Positions 1-9,744 are shown, counted from the stretch's first letter. The stretch is 64,000 nt of DNA from an uncultured archaeon (GCA_964486045.1 CAZALK010000001.1:616242-680241); one strand, 5' to 3'. Made by a program: numbers and translations. The notes: a model not told the origin generated them from the letters alone.

Positions 1-1239
1 AAAATCCATTTGAAATTCTATTTCATATCTTTTATTGTAAGTTTTATGATTAGGATTTATTATTCGATATTTTTGCGCATATTCCCTAAAATAATTTAAA
101 TTTAGTAAATGATTTTGAGATAAACGAAGTAAACAATAACTCTTAATTATAAAATTAGAACTTTTCATTTTTCTGATAAACTCAGTAAAATCTTCTAAAT
201 AAGGTCTAGGGAGGATAACATAACCACTTAGTTCACAATTAAAACTATTATATGAAATTTTCGGAGAAATGAAGAAGGGAGACTCTTCAATTACCTTAAA
301 TATATCAGTTCTTCTTAATTTAGGATTAAAACTTAAGAATATGGCAATAACACATACATCAAGCGTATTCCAATTTAATTGATAAGAAGGAGAAATATAA
401 CTATATCTTCTTATCCAGTTAATATTGCTAAATAATTTTCTTAAACTTAATTTAGTATCCATCCCCCCAATTTCTTTAAGGTTTTGAAAAAATTTTCTAT
501 AACTTAGGAAATCTTTATACTTCTTTACTTTATAGAAAATATATATTATACATCTAATTGATTCTACGATCTCATCTTTATTCATAGATCTAGATAAATA
601 ATTAGTATACTCGTTGAAGAACACATCATGTATATCTTCCTCATTAAATGTTTTCATTCTATCACTAATTAAAGAAATGTTTCTTCTTAGATATTTAAAG
701 AAAAATTGTGTAGGATTATTGGGTATTTGTTGATGATAGAGTTTGAAAAATCTTTCTAAACGGTCAAATGCAAATAGACGATTTACTCCTTTGGTTAAAA
801 GGTCTGTCTGTTCAAGATTTTCTCTGATAATTGACTTCCATTCATTTAAATGTTTAGATTTATTGAGATCACTTAAAATTATTTGATTGATGATAATTTG
901 TACAAATTCGTAGCTTTTTAATTCTTTTGGAAGAAATAAATTATAAATTTCTCTCAAAATAATAAACGGGAGAAATTTTATATAACTTTCAAAGAATTCT
1001 ATTACTACAACATTACTATCGATATATCGATTAACTCCAATACTAAAAATATCCTTACCCTTTAAGGAATTTGTATCAAGATTTTTATTAAGAATAAATT
1101 TGATTTTTTCATGAAATGGATTTATATCCAAAAATAATTGTATCTCTTTGAAAAAATCCTGAACAATCACTTCTAAATCTTTAATAAGTTCTTCTGCTGA
1201 TAGATTTTCTAAAAATTTTAAATCAGGAAGTTTTAACAT
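1..1239 (-). CDS. Large multi-domain putative regulator, N-terminal 413 aa (runs off window); paralog of the 44777-48414 protein
   Basis: Not in ORF track because it has no stop in the window. ATG at 1239 reads MLKLPDLKFLENLSAEELIK...KFLPFIILREIYNLF...FDRLERFF...ISPSYQLNWNTLDVCVIAIFLSFNP..., colinear with 47071..48414 (KFLPFILLREIYNLF, FDRLESFF, LAPSYHINWNNINVCVI). Confidence 0.85.
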   Translation of the reverse strand, partial: MLKLPDLKFLENLSAEELIKDLEVIVQDFFKEIQLFLDINPFHEKIKFILNKNLDTNSLKGKDIFSIGVNRYIDSNVVVIEFFESYIKFLPFIILREIYNLFLPKELKSYEFVQIIINQIILSDLNKSKHLNEWKSIIRENLEQTDLLTKGVNRLFAFDRLERFFKLYHQQIPNNPTQFFFKYLRRNISLISDRMKTFNEEDIHDVFFNEYTNYLSRSMNKDEIVESIRCIIYIFYKVKKYKDFLSYRKFFQNLKEIGGMDTKLSLRKLFSNINWIRRYSYISPSYQLNWNTLDVCVIAIFLSFNPKLRRTDIFKVIEESPFFISPKISYNSFNCELSGYVILPRPYLEDFTEFIRKMKSSNFIIKSYCLLRLSQNHLLNLNYFREYAQKYRIINPNHKTYNKRYEIEFQMDF

Positions 1240-1391
1240 TTGTATTCTTTGTTACAAGTCGTTTTAATTAAAATTAAAGAATTACATATTTATTTTTTTA
1301 CAATTTAATAATTTTTCTTGCTTTTTATAGTGGTTTAAATAAATTCTCACTAAAAATATGTTGAAAATTTACCTATTTAATGTGTATTTAC

Positions 1392-1505
1392 ATGAAATTA
1401 CAAAATAAAATAAAAGTGTCACTAGCTTTCTTGACTGCGATTTCCATTGGCCTTAAAATGTTAGTTGCTGGCTTAGCTGTTAATGCTGGTGAGGGCGGGC
1501 CTTAA
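1392..1505 (+). CDS. Small peptide 1, 37 aa: MKLQNKIKVSLAFLTAISIGLKMLVAGLAVNAGEGGP
   Basis: Hand-translated ATG..TAA; same length as and alignable to the two downstream peptides; followed by a pyrimidine/T tract. Confidence 0.85.
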   Translation: MKLQNKIKVSLAFLTAISIGLKMLVAGLAVNAGEGGP

Positions 1506-1534
1506 TTATTTCTAAAAATAATAAAGCTAGCGAA

Positions 1535-1555
1535 TATTTTTCTCTTTTTTTCTCT
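1535..1555 (+). terminator. Pyrimidine/oligo-T tract after peptide 1 (similar tract at ~1827-1843 after peptide 2)
   Basis: AAGCTA..ATATTT..CTCTTT..TTTT follows both stop codons; oligo-T tracts are the typical archaeal terminator. Confidence 0.5.
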
Positions 1556-1675
1556 AAATATACAAGACATTTTTTTAATATTAATAAAATCCTCATAGGA
1601 CTACCTTATTTTTAAATTTTTCGGAGTTTATATAGGTTTCTTGCAATACAATTACACCTAATCAAGGTGAATTTA

Positions 1676-1789
1676 TTGAAATTACGAACAAAACTAAGTT
1701 TAATGATGGCTTTTTTAACAGCAATTTCACTCTTTCTTAAAATGTCCATTTTTGGGTTAGCAGTTAATGGAAATGGTGGCGGACCCTAG
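1676..1789 (+). CDS. Small peptide 2, 37 aa: MKLRTKLSLMMAFLTAISLFLKMSIFGLAVNGNGGGP
   Basis: TTG start preceded by SD-like AGGTGA; TAG stop; shares AFLTAIS and GLAVN with peptide 1. Confidence 0.85.
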   Translation: MKLRTKLSLMMAFLTAISLFLKMSIFGLAVNGNGGGP

Positions 1790-1966
1790 ATTACTTTGAG
1801 ATTATTAATTTAAAAAAGCTACATTATATTTCTCTTTATTTTTATATCCTTTTCATTAATTTTCTTGGAATTTATATATTTAAGATTGGAAAAAATCTTA
1901 AGAAAATATAGTCTTCTTGTTGTATTTTCATGACAATTCGTAATAAACTTTTCTTGGTGTATTTAG

Positions 1967-2080
1967 ATGAAAATTCGTACCAAAATTTCAATATTATTAG
2001 CTTTATTAACTGCTATTTCAGCGTGGCTTCAAAAGTCAATCATCGGATTTGGATTCTCTGGTGGCGAAGGAACCCCATAA
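1967..2080 (+). CDS. Small peptide 3, 37 aa: MKIRTKISILLALLTAISAWLQKSIIGFGFSGGEGTP
   Basis: ATG..TAA preceded by GGTG; shares MKxxxK, LTAIS and the Gly-rich tail ending in Pro. Confidence 0.8.
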   Translation: MKIRTKISILLALLTAISAWLQKSIIGFGFSGGEGTP

Positions 2081-2282
2081 ATCAATTTTTTTCAAGATTC
2101 TCCTTTATTAAAAATCTATATATAGATAAATTCCTTAGATTTTTAATATTTTAGATTCTGTTAAATTGCTTCAGTAAATATTTTATTAGACATACCTCTG
2201 TTGAATCATATTCTCCACGAATTTAAAGTGGTCTAAGTTTCAATGGGTGGGAAGCGAAATGGAATTTCTGAAAATTCTTTAG

Positions 2283-2409
2283 ACATTTGTGTCAAATCAC
2301 TCCCACGATTTACCTTTAGAACCCCTCTACTCCTATTATATTTTTTGAGGAAAACATTTATAAGGGAAACTCCCTCCTCTTTTTAATTATAAAAAAAAAG
2401 TGACATTAT
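2283..2409 (+). promoter_or_regulatory. Conserved upstream element of Zn-ribbon gene (copy 1)
   Basis: Blocks ACATTTGTGTCAAATC, AGAACCCCTCTACTC, TTTTTGAGGA and a BRE/TATA-like AAAACATTTATAA recur with similar spacing at 50749-50881. Confidence 0.65.
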
Positions 2410-2601
2410 ATGAAAAACAACTTGATCAAATATAAATGTCCAAGATGTAATGGAGAAAGCACTGTCGACTATGGTGAGACGTTTCAATGTGAAAAATGTC
2501 TATTAGAGTTTTACAAGGAAGATATGGAAACTTACGAAAAGAAAGATATACTAGCAATCTCAGAATTGAGTGCCATTATGAAAGTTTTTGCGAAAAACTA
2601 A
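2410..2601 (+). CDS. Small Zn-ribbon protein (CPRC...CEKC), paralog of 50882..51130
   Basis: Two CxxC motifs; shares KCPRC, LEFxKED and ILxxxE...KVF with 50882..51130. Confidence 0.8.
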   Translation: MKNNLIKYKCPRCNGESTVDYGETFQCEKCLLEFYKEDMETYEKKDILAISELSAIMKVFAKN

Positions 2602-2709
2602 TTTTCCTAATTTTTTTTTTTTCATTTTATTTATTTAATTAAGGAATCAGTTAAGTTTTATTAAGATTTAAAAAAATAGGTTATTGGTTCTAAAACAGTT
2701 GATTTAATT

Positions 2710-2844
2710 TGCTCCTGCCGGGATTCGAACCCGGTTAATGATACAAAACGATAGGATCTGTATTGTCACCAGGGTGAAAGCCTAGCATGCCAAGCCCTTT
2801 CTTTTACATAGGGTGAAAGATTGGCCGGACTACACTACAGGAGC
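2710..2844 (-). tRNA. tRNA-Glu(TTC) with two 30-nt non-canonical introns (~21/22 and ~48/49)
   Basis: Acceptor GCTCCTG/CAGGAGC; anticodon arm CTAGG-CTTTCAC-CCTGG; T arm CCGGG-TTCGAAT-CCCGG. Both inserts fold as bulge-helix-bulge (GGCC/GGCT and GGTG/CATT central helices). Confidence 0.9.
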
Positions 2845-2986
2845 ATGGTACTTTTATTTTATCAAGCTTTTTTTATAAATCGTTTTTAGAACTCTTAAAC
2901 TATTATTAATAGTAGAGTCTGCAATCATTAAAATTTTTCTTTTCTTTAGAAATAAAATGTTGGAAATGTATTAATAAAAGAAAATA

Positions 2987-3071
2987 TGCGGGAAGGGAGA
3001 TTTGAACTCCCGAACTCCTATGAGAATGGATTCTAAGTCCACCACCTTTGACCAGACTTGGCGATTCCCGC
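2987..3071 (-). tRNA. tRNA-Leu(TAG)
   Basis: GCGGGAA/TTCCCGC acceptor, GTGGA-CTTAGAA-TCCAT anticodon arm, long variable arm, TTCAAAT T-loop. Confidence 0.95.
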
Positions 3072-3242
3072 GATTTAAGAACAAATTAAAAATCTATTAT
3101 TTAGATAAGAGGAAATAAAATTAAAAAATTTATGATGATGAAATTCAAATTATATGCGATTGAAATAAATGATAAAACTTTCTAATATTATATAAGAAAA
3201 GATAATTATTATAGCTTAAAGCAAAAAAAATAGGTTTTTTTA

Positions 3243-4241
3243 ATGAGTGTAAGAGATTCTTTAATAAAACATTTAACGTCTATATTACGTGCATCAGAAG
3301 GTACAGTTTTGGTGCTTTTATGTGATCAAAATGGTCTTTCTATCGCAAAGATTGGTAGAAAAAGCGAAATTGATTTAGATCCCAATCAAATTACAAGTCT
3401 CGCAGCAGCAGCTTTTACAGCGAGTGAAGAAAATTGGGAAGATCTGAATATTAAAGAGCAAGTTATTTCATTTTCATATTTTGAGAAGGTGTGTTTAATA
3501 ACAATTAGAATTAATGAAACACTCTTGACTATTGTTCATGATTACCATAAAGAATGGCCATTAGATGCGGATAATCTAGCATCATCAATGTACTATCTGA
3601 AACAAAAATTAGGAGAGTTTTTTGGAACTGGGGATGAAACTGAGGCAGAAATCGAGCAATTTTGTGATAAAGTTCGAAGTGCAATTTATCTTTTCGGAAT
3701 GGGTTCGGAAGTTCCCCTTATTTCTTATAGTCATGAAGATATTGAACTTACTAATTTACTACCGGCAATAAGCACTATTTTAGATTCTCTGCAAAACCCC
3801 ATTTTTATTAGATACGGGTTAGTAGGTGAATCAGGGCTAACATTGGATGCTAGGGAGATAAGTGGTCAAAATTTACCGATATCCATTGAGGCATTTTCTG
3901 CAAATGCGCATGTTGCTTTTCAAAAAATGAAAGAAGAATCTGAGGGGAGCTCAATAGGGAATTTATTATGTTATGTCGCTATTTCTGGAAGTGATGCCGA
4001 AAATTTTTATGGACTAATCTCATGCCCTTCTGGAAAATTAAAATACTCAAATATTGAAAACACATCAAATACTGAAGATATTTCTTTTATTGGATTATTT
4101 TCCCTTACATATGGAGGTATTCCTATTATCTGTGAATCAAGGAATATTATTTATTCAATTATGCAACTATTAGGTAGTGAACAGACTACTGAAAACTTTA
4201 TAAAATCTGTTAATGTTCTTACTAGTTTTAAATATGAGTGA
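3243..4241 (+). CDS. Tandem roadblock/LC7-domain protein
   Basis: Two repeats of the roadblock pattern (LCDQNGLSIA...ITSLAAAAF; LVGESGLTLD...EAFSANA). Confidence 0.7.
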   Translation: MSVRDSLIKHLTSILRASEGTVLVLLCDQNGLSIAKIGRKSEIDLDPNQITSLAAAAFTASEENWEDLNIKEQVISFSYFEKVCLITIRINETLLTIVHDYHKEWPLDADNLASSMYYLKQKLGEFFGTGDETEAEIEQFCDKVRSAIYLFGMGSEVPLISYSHEDIELTNLLPAISTILDSLQNPIFIRYGLVGESGLTLDAREISGQNLPISIEAFSANAHVAFQKMKEESEGSSIGNLLCYVAISGSDAENFYGLISCPSGKLKYSNIENTSNTEDISFIGLFSLTYGGIPIICESRNIIYSIMQLLGSEQTTENFIKSVNVLTSFKYE

Positions 4242-4307
4242 TTAATTAAGAAAAAATTTATGCCTTGAAAATTAATATCGAGAAATTATGACTCCTAAAT
4301 CTTAATT

Positions 4308-4769
4308 ATGAATAGATCCTCTCCAAGCTTGTCGATACCGAAATTGTACTGTCTTCATTATAATGAGTGTGATCCAAAAAAATGTACTGCAACCAAATTA
4401 AGTAAGTTAAATCTTCTGAAAAAAATAAATAGAGTCAAGGGAAATTTAAGAAATGCTATTATTTTAAACCCTTTTGCGCGAAAGATTATCAGCATAAATG
4501 ACAGAGAATTTGTTTTAAAAGATGGTCTTATAGTTATTGATTGTTCTTGGAAAAAAATAATTAAATTGACAGACTTAGAATCAAGTAATGATCGTAAATT
4601 ACCCTCCTTAATAGCCGCAAACTCTACCAATTATGGAAAATGGGAAAAGTTAAGTTCTGCAGAGGCCTTAGCAGCAGCACTTTTTATCACAAATTTTATT
4701 GATTATGGGGATTTAATCCTTTCGAAATTCTCCTGGGGAACTCAATTCAGGGAGTTAAATAATATTTAA
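4308..4769 (+). CDS. tsr3: SSU rRNA aminocarboxypropyltransferase Tsr3
   Basis: ECDPKKCTA, IDCSW, RKLPSLIAANSTNYG, LSSAEALAAAL and FSWG motifs. Confidence 0.93.
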   Translation: MNRSSPSLSIPKLYCLHYNECDPKKCTATKLSKLNLLKKINRVKGNLRNAIILNPFARKIISINDREFVLKDGLIVIDCSWKKIIKLTDLESSNDRKLPSLIAANSTNYGKWEKLSSAEALAAALFITNFIDYGDLILSKFSWGTQFRELNNI

Positions 4770-4801
4770 AAAAATTAGAAAAAATAAAAATAGAATATAG
4801 T

Positions 4802-6406
4802 TTAATCCATTCCGCCTTTAGACAATGTGGATGCTGCTATTACATCATCGATTTTAATAATCATAGAGGCAACTTCAGTAGCAGATTGAATAGCTTGGGT
4901 TAAAATTGATAATGGTTCAAGAACCCCGAGCTCAATCATGTTGTCGGGTTTTCCTGTATCAATATTTATTCCATTAGATTTCCCATCTTCAATTTCATGT
5001 TTTGATCTTAATTCAACTATTAAATCAATAGGATTATAACCAGCATTTTCAACCAGAGTTTTGGGAATTATTTCTAGAGCGTTAGCATAGATTTCAATTG
5101 CTAATTGTTCTCTACCTCCAATTGATCTGGCATAAGCTCTTAATCGTTTTGCTAATTCGATTTCGGACGCACCGCCACCAGGCAAGATATATGGAAGTTC
5201 TATTGCGGCTTTAACAACAGATAAAGCATCATGTAGCATTCTTTCCGCTTCATCTACCACGTGTTCAATACCGGCTCTAATTAATACGCTCACTGCTTTT
5301 GGATCTGCACATTCTGATACAAAAATCATATTGTCATCTCCTATCTTTTTTTCCTCGACTTTTCCCGCACTTCCTATATCATTTGGAGTTACTTCAAATA
5401 TGTTATTAATAATTTTAGCGTGAGTTGCTCTTGCTAACTTTTCCATATCAGATCTTTTTACTCTTCTAACAGTTATTATATTTTCCTTTGCAAGGAAGTT
5501 TTGTGCCTTATCATCAACACCTTTCTGGCAAAAAACTACATTAGCGCCAATTTCTTTGAGTTTTACTACCCGCTTTTTTAACATATTAGATTCTTCTTCA
5601 AGGAATTTACTGATTTGGTCAGGAGTTTGCACTCTTATTTCAGCATCAAACTCAGTTTTTTCTACCTCTAGAGAAGAATTAATTAAGGCTACTTTTGCGT
5701 CTTTTATCGATTTTGGCATCATAGGATGGACGATTTCCTTATCAACTATAATTCCATCAATAATACTGGTATCCAAAAGGCTTTTTCCTTCTTTTTTAAT
5801 AACTTGGATCTGATCAAGATCAATTATAATATTTTCTCCGCGTTTTTCTTTGATTTGGCTTACTGCTTTGACTGCGATATCTGCAATATGGCTTTTTACA
5901 CCGGATATTAATTTACTATTCATAGAAGTTTCTGCAACTTTCAATAATGTCTCTTTATCGTTAGAATCTATCTTTATTGCTAGATCTTTTAAAATTTCTT
6001 TACTTTTTAACAAGGCTTTTCTATACCCTCGAAAAATTATAGTTGGGTGCACCGATTGTTCCATTAACTCTTGCGCTAGATTCAATAATTCTCCCGAAAT
6101 AATAACGCTAGTTGTTGTCCCATCCCCAACTTTCTCATCTTGTGTTTTAGCAACTTCAACTATCATTTTAGCTGCGGGATGCTCAACATCAATGGTGTCT
6201 AATATTGTAGCTCCATCATTTGTAATTGTTACATCTCCTAATGAGTCGACTAACATTTTATCCATACCTTTTGGTCCAAGCGTGGTTCTAACAGATTCAG
6301 CAACTGCTTTTGCAGCAGCAATATTGTTTTTTTGAGCGTCTCTTCCTTGTTTTCTATCTGTCCCTTCTTTTAATATCAGAATTGGGACGCCAGATAATTG
6401 TGCCAT
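4802..6406 (-). CDS. ths: Thermosome (group II chaperonin) subunit
   Basis: [25 protein letters not shown] and GGGASE motifs. Confidence 0.97.
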   Translation of the reverse strand: MAQLSGVPILILKEGTDRKQGRDAQKNNIAAAKAVAESVRTTLGPKGMDKMLVDSLGDVTITNDGATILDTIDVEHPAAKMIVEVAKTQDEKVGDGTTTSVIISGELLNLAQELMEQSVHPTIIFRGYRKALLKSKEILKDLAIKIDSNDKETLLKVAETSMNSKLISGVKSHIADIAVKAVSQIKEKRGENIIIDLDQIQVIKKEGKSLLDTSIIDGIIVDKEIVHPMMPKSIKDAKVALINSSLEVEKTEFDAEIRVQTPDQISKFLEEESNMLKKRVVKLKEIGANVVFCQKGVDDKAQNFLAKENIITVRRVKRSDMEKLARATHAKIINNIFEVTPNDIGSAGKVEEKKIGDDNMIFVSECADPKAVSVLIRAGIEHVVDEAERMLHDALSVVKAAIELPYILPGGGASEIELAKRLRAYARSIGGREQLAIEIYANALEIIPKTLVENAGYNPIDLIVELRSKHEIEDGKSNGINIDTGKPDNMIELGVLEPLSILTQAIQSATEVASMIIKIDDVIAASTLSKGGMD

Positions 6407-6733
6407 TTCTTATTCACTTTTTTATGTTAAAGTTTATACTTTTATTTATATAGATCTCTAAGTCATAAAATTAAAAAAGTTTACGAAATATCTGTGGTTT
6501 TGATTTTCAATCTCTCCTTTAATAAATCTGAATTGGAATAAACATATAGGATGTTAAGTACTAAGACTAAATCATAAAAAAATTATTATCCTAACTATTT
6601 GGTTGGAATATTACCTCTATATCTAATTTTAATTTATTTCCTATAGTTAAGTCCTAAGCTATTATTGAAAAGTTAGGAAATTATTGAAGTTTTTAAAACT
6701 ACAAGATAATGAAAAGATAAACCTATTATTATT

Positions 6734-8500
6734 ATGCTCACATTCTTAATTTTTTTAAGCCTAAGCGTGCTAAGCCTATTAGTTAATATCATTTTTTATT
6801 TAAATCGAGAATCTAGTTATAGTAGCACTTTTAATAAGATATTGTTAACCATATTATTAATAACCTCAACTATATTTCTTATCCTTAATTTACCATTTTT
6901 TATCTTTAATGATTCAAAATCATTTTTGGAAGTTAGATATGAAATCTTTCTTCCCACAATCTTATTTAATTTATCAATTGCCCTATATTTCACATCTATT
7001 ATACTAAACTTGTTAGCACTATTCCAGGTTGATGAAAGTAGTATAATCTTAGAAAACCCTTCACGTTTAATTTCAAAAAGGGGTAAAATTCCTATAGGAA
7101 GAATTAAAAGGGGGAAAATTAGAAACAATAAGTTTCTCTTATCGAAAAAAGATCTCGAAAAGCATATATTCATATGTGGTGCAACAGGGACTGGTAAAAG
7201 TAACTTTCTTATGAATTTTTTAATTAACTTTTCAAAAATCTATGATATTCCCTTTTTTCTTGTAGAGTTTAAAGGGGAATATCATTTCTTACAAAAAAAA
7301 ATTGAAGACGTTCTTATTTTTTGGCCAGGAGAAAATTTTTCTATAAATATTTTTAAACCCGGTAAAGTAAATCCAATTATTCACGCAGAACGTATCTTTG
7401 ATATTTTAAAAAGTGGAAGGTTTTTGGATGAAAATGCTGAATTTTCTCCACAGATGGAGAAAGTATTGGTAGAGATATTAACAAAAGTTTGTCAAGATGA
7501 TCAATACCAGAATTGGGACGGTTTTGAGCAGGTATGCAGGCTATATCTGAAAAAAAACAAGAATAATATACCCATGCTAAATCAGACGCTTATTAGTATT
7601 AAAAACAGGATCAGAAGATTTTCAAGGGGACCGTTGAAAGCGTTATATGAAGAGAATAATAGCATAACCATAGATGAGTTATTCGAGAGAAATATTTTAC
7701 TTGATTTAAGCTCGATTATCCGTTTAGGAGGTGAAAAAGAAGATGCTCTCTTCTTCTTAAATATGGTACTTAAATATTTATGGGATAAAAATTTGATGAA
7801 AGGTGCCAAAAATTTTAAGGGAATTAAGCATCTTACAATAATTGAGGATGCTCAATATTTTGCCCCTCAAGATTTTGTAAAGAAAAGTAAAATAACTACC
7901 TATTTGGAGGATATTGCATTATTGCAAAGAGGGACAGGAGAATGCTTAATTACTTTAGCAACCCGTCCAGATATAAGCAAAGAAATTCTTGCCAATAATG
8001 GAATTGTATTAACTTTCAAAAACCATTTAGAAAAAGATATAATGTGCGAATTGTTGAATCTTGATAATGAAAATAGAAATTATTTGTCTATTTTAGATGA
8101 AGGTCAGTGCATCATAAGAGTGAATTCAGTTAAAGAGCCATTTTTGCTAAAGGTTCCTTATATCAAAAATGAATTATTATCCTTTAAAGAAATTTACAGA
8201 AATAACAGACATATCCTAGAGGATAAGAGTGGATACAACAATTTAAATTCAAAATTCAGACCCAAAAACCAATTTTCCCGATTTAAAATGATGATAAAAA
8301 AGGTTTTTCTTTTGAAATTGAAAAAAAATGAAACTAAAGAACCAATTATTATGACAAACGTCATGAGTGACTCAAAAAGCTTATGCCCACCCAATATTTC
8401 TGAGAAAAATTTCTGGGAACCTAATAGGGATGAAATATCTTATGAAAACTTAATAAAATATATTGCCAAGTTAGACGAGGAACAAAAGGAAAAGGAATAA
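6734..8500 (+). CDS. Membrane-anchored HerA/FtsK-superfamily (DUF87-type) ATPase
   Basis: Three N-terminal hydrophobic helices; HIFICGATGTGKS Walker A; EFKGEY; IIEDAQ Walker B variant. Confidence 0.75.
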   Translation: MLTFLIFLSLSVLSLLVNIIFYLNRESSYSSTFNKILLTILLITSTIFLILNLPFFIFNDSKSFLEVRYEIFLPTILFNLSIALYFTSIILNLLALFQVDESSIILENPSRLISKRGKIPIGRIKRGKIRNNKFLLSKKDLEKHIFICGATGTGKSNFLMNFLINFSKIYDIPFFLVEFKGEYHFLQKKIEDVLIFWPGENFSINIFKPGKVNPIIHAERIFDILKSGRFLDENAEFSPQMEKVLVEILTKVCQDDQYQNWDGFEQVCRLYLKKNKNNIPMLNQTLISIKNRIRRFSRGPLKALYEENNSITIDELFERNILLDLSSIIRLGGEKEDALFFLNMVLKYLWDKNLMKGAKNFKGIKHLTIIEDAQYFAPQDFVKKSKITTYLEDIALLQRGTGECLITLATRPDISKEILANNGIVLTFKNHLEKDIMCELLNLDNENRNYLSILDEGQCIIRVNSVKEPFLLKVPYIKNELLSFKEIYRNNRHILEDKSGYNNLNSKFRPKNQFSRFKMMIKKVFLLKLKKNETKEPIIMTNVMSDSKSLCPPNISEKNFWEPNRDEISYENLIKYIAKLDEEQKEKE

Positions 8501-8529
8501 GTTATAATATATAGAAATTCAATATACAT

Positions 8530-9744
8530 ATGACATTCACTATAGGAATAATAGGAAAACCTAGTAGTGGAAAAACTACATTCTTAAATGCTTCCTGTTT
8601 GACAAATGCCAAAGTTAGTGAATTACCGTTTACCACAATTGATCCTAATCGAGGTGTTGCTTATGTCAAAACCAAATGTGTTTGCAATGAATTAAATGTA
8701 GAAGATAACCCTAAAAACTCCATTTGTATAGATGGGTTCCGTTTCGTTCCCATTAGCATGTTAGATGTTGCAGGACTAGTTCCTGATGCCCATAAAGGTA
8801 AGGGTTTAGGGAATAAGTTTTTAAATGACTTAATTAAAGCGGATGTGCTTCTACACATTGTAGATATTTCAGGATCTCTTGATAAATCGGGTAATATCGT
8901 TTCCATAGGTAAAACTGACCCTTTTGAGGATATTTTGTTCTTAGAGAATGAAATAAATTTTTGGTTTAAAAACATCATTGAGAGGGAAGATTGGAATAAA
9001 TTCACTAAGATTATGGTAACCGAAAAGCAAAAAATTGTAGAAAGTTTGTACGAAAGGCTCTCGGGAATGAAAATTAATAAAAATCAAATAATTCTATCAT
9101 TGAAAAATTCAAGACTTGATGATAAAATTCCGTCTTCTTGGACAGAGCTGGATTTACTCCTTTTTTCAGAAACGTTAAGAAAAATTTCCAAACCTACATT
9201 GATTGTGGCAAATAAAATTGATAAAAAAACTAGTTTAAAGAATTTAATAGATTTAAAAGAAAAATATAATGGACATGTTATCCCATGTAGTGCTTTAGCA
9301 GAATATTTTTTAAGAAAATATCATGAAAAAAGAATTATCAAATATACTCCTGGTTCTAAAGATTATATATTAATTGAGGAGTCGAGATTAACTGCAAATG
9401 AATTAGGAGCATTAAATAAAATAAAAAAGAAAATTTTAATACCATTTAATGGGACTGGTATTCAAAATATTTTAAATTTTGCTTCGAGTCAGTTGTTAAA
9501 TCAAATTTGTGTTTATCCCGTATCAGATATTAACACACTTTCAGACAATAAGGAAAATATTTTACCAGATGCATTTCTTGTTAAAAAAGGTACGCGTCTT
9601 AGAGACTTTGTTAAAGATAAAATCCATAGTGATTTAGCGGAAAACTTTATGTTTGGGATTGATGCAAAAACGAAAAAAAGGTTAGGAGAAAATTATGAAT
9701 TACAAGATCAAGATGTTATAAAGATTGTTACATCAAACAGATAA
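8530..9744 (+). CDS. ychF: Obg/YchF-family GTPase with TGS domain
   Basis: GKPSSGKTT, PFTTIDPN, DVAGLVP and ANKID motifs; C-terminal IHSDL/TGS. Confidence 0.88.
   Translation: MTFTIGIIGKPSSGKTTFLNASCLTNAKVSELPFTTIDPNRGVAYVKTKCVCNELNVEDNPKNSICIDGFRFVPISMLDVAGLVPDAHKGKGLGNKFLNDLIKADVLLHIVDISGSLDKSGNIVSIGKTDPFEDILFLENEINFWFKNIIEREDWNKFTKIMVTEKQKIVESLYERLSGMKINKNQIILSLKNSRLDDKIPSSWTELDLLLFSETLRKISKPTLIVANKIDKKTSLKNLIDLKEKYNGHVIPCSALAEYFLRKYHEKRIIKYTPGSKDYILIEESRLTANELGALNKIKKKILIPFNGTGIQNILNFASSQLLNQICVYPVSDINTLSDNKENILPDAFLVKKGTRLRDFVKDKIHSDLAENFMFGIDAKTKKRLGENYELQDQDVIKIVTSNR

Noticed and set aside
1392-2080. Lasso-peptide reading of the tails (G1...E8 in peptides 1 and 3)
   Set aside because: The tail after Glu is only 3 aa, peptide 2 has no acidic residue, and no lasso cyclase/peptidase or other RiPP enzyme is in the window.
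1930-2154. Track ORF of 74 aa
   Set aside because: Overlaps peptide 3 (1967-2080) in another frame; the peptide frame is supported by paralogy, this one by nothing.
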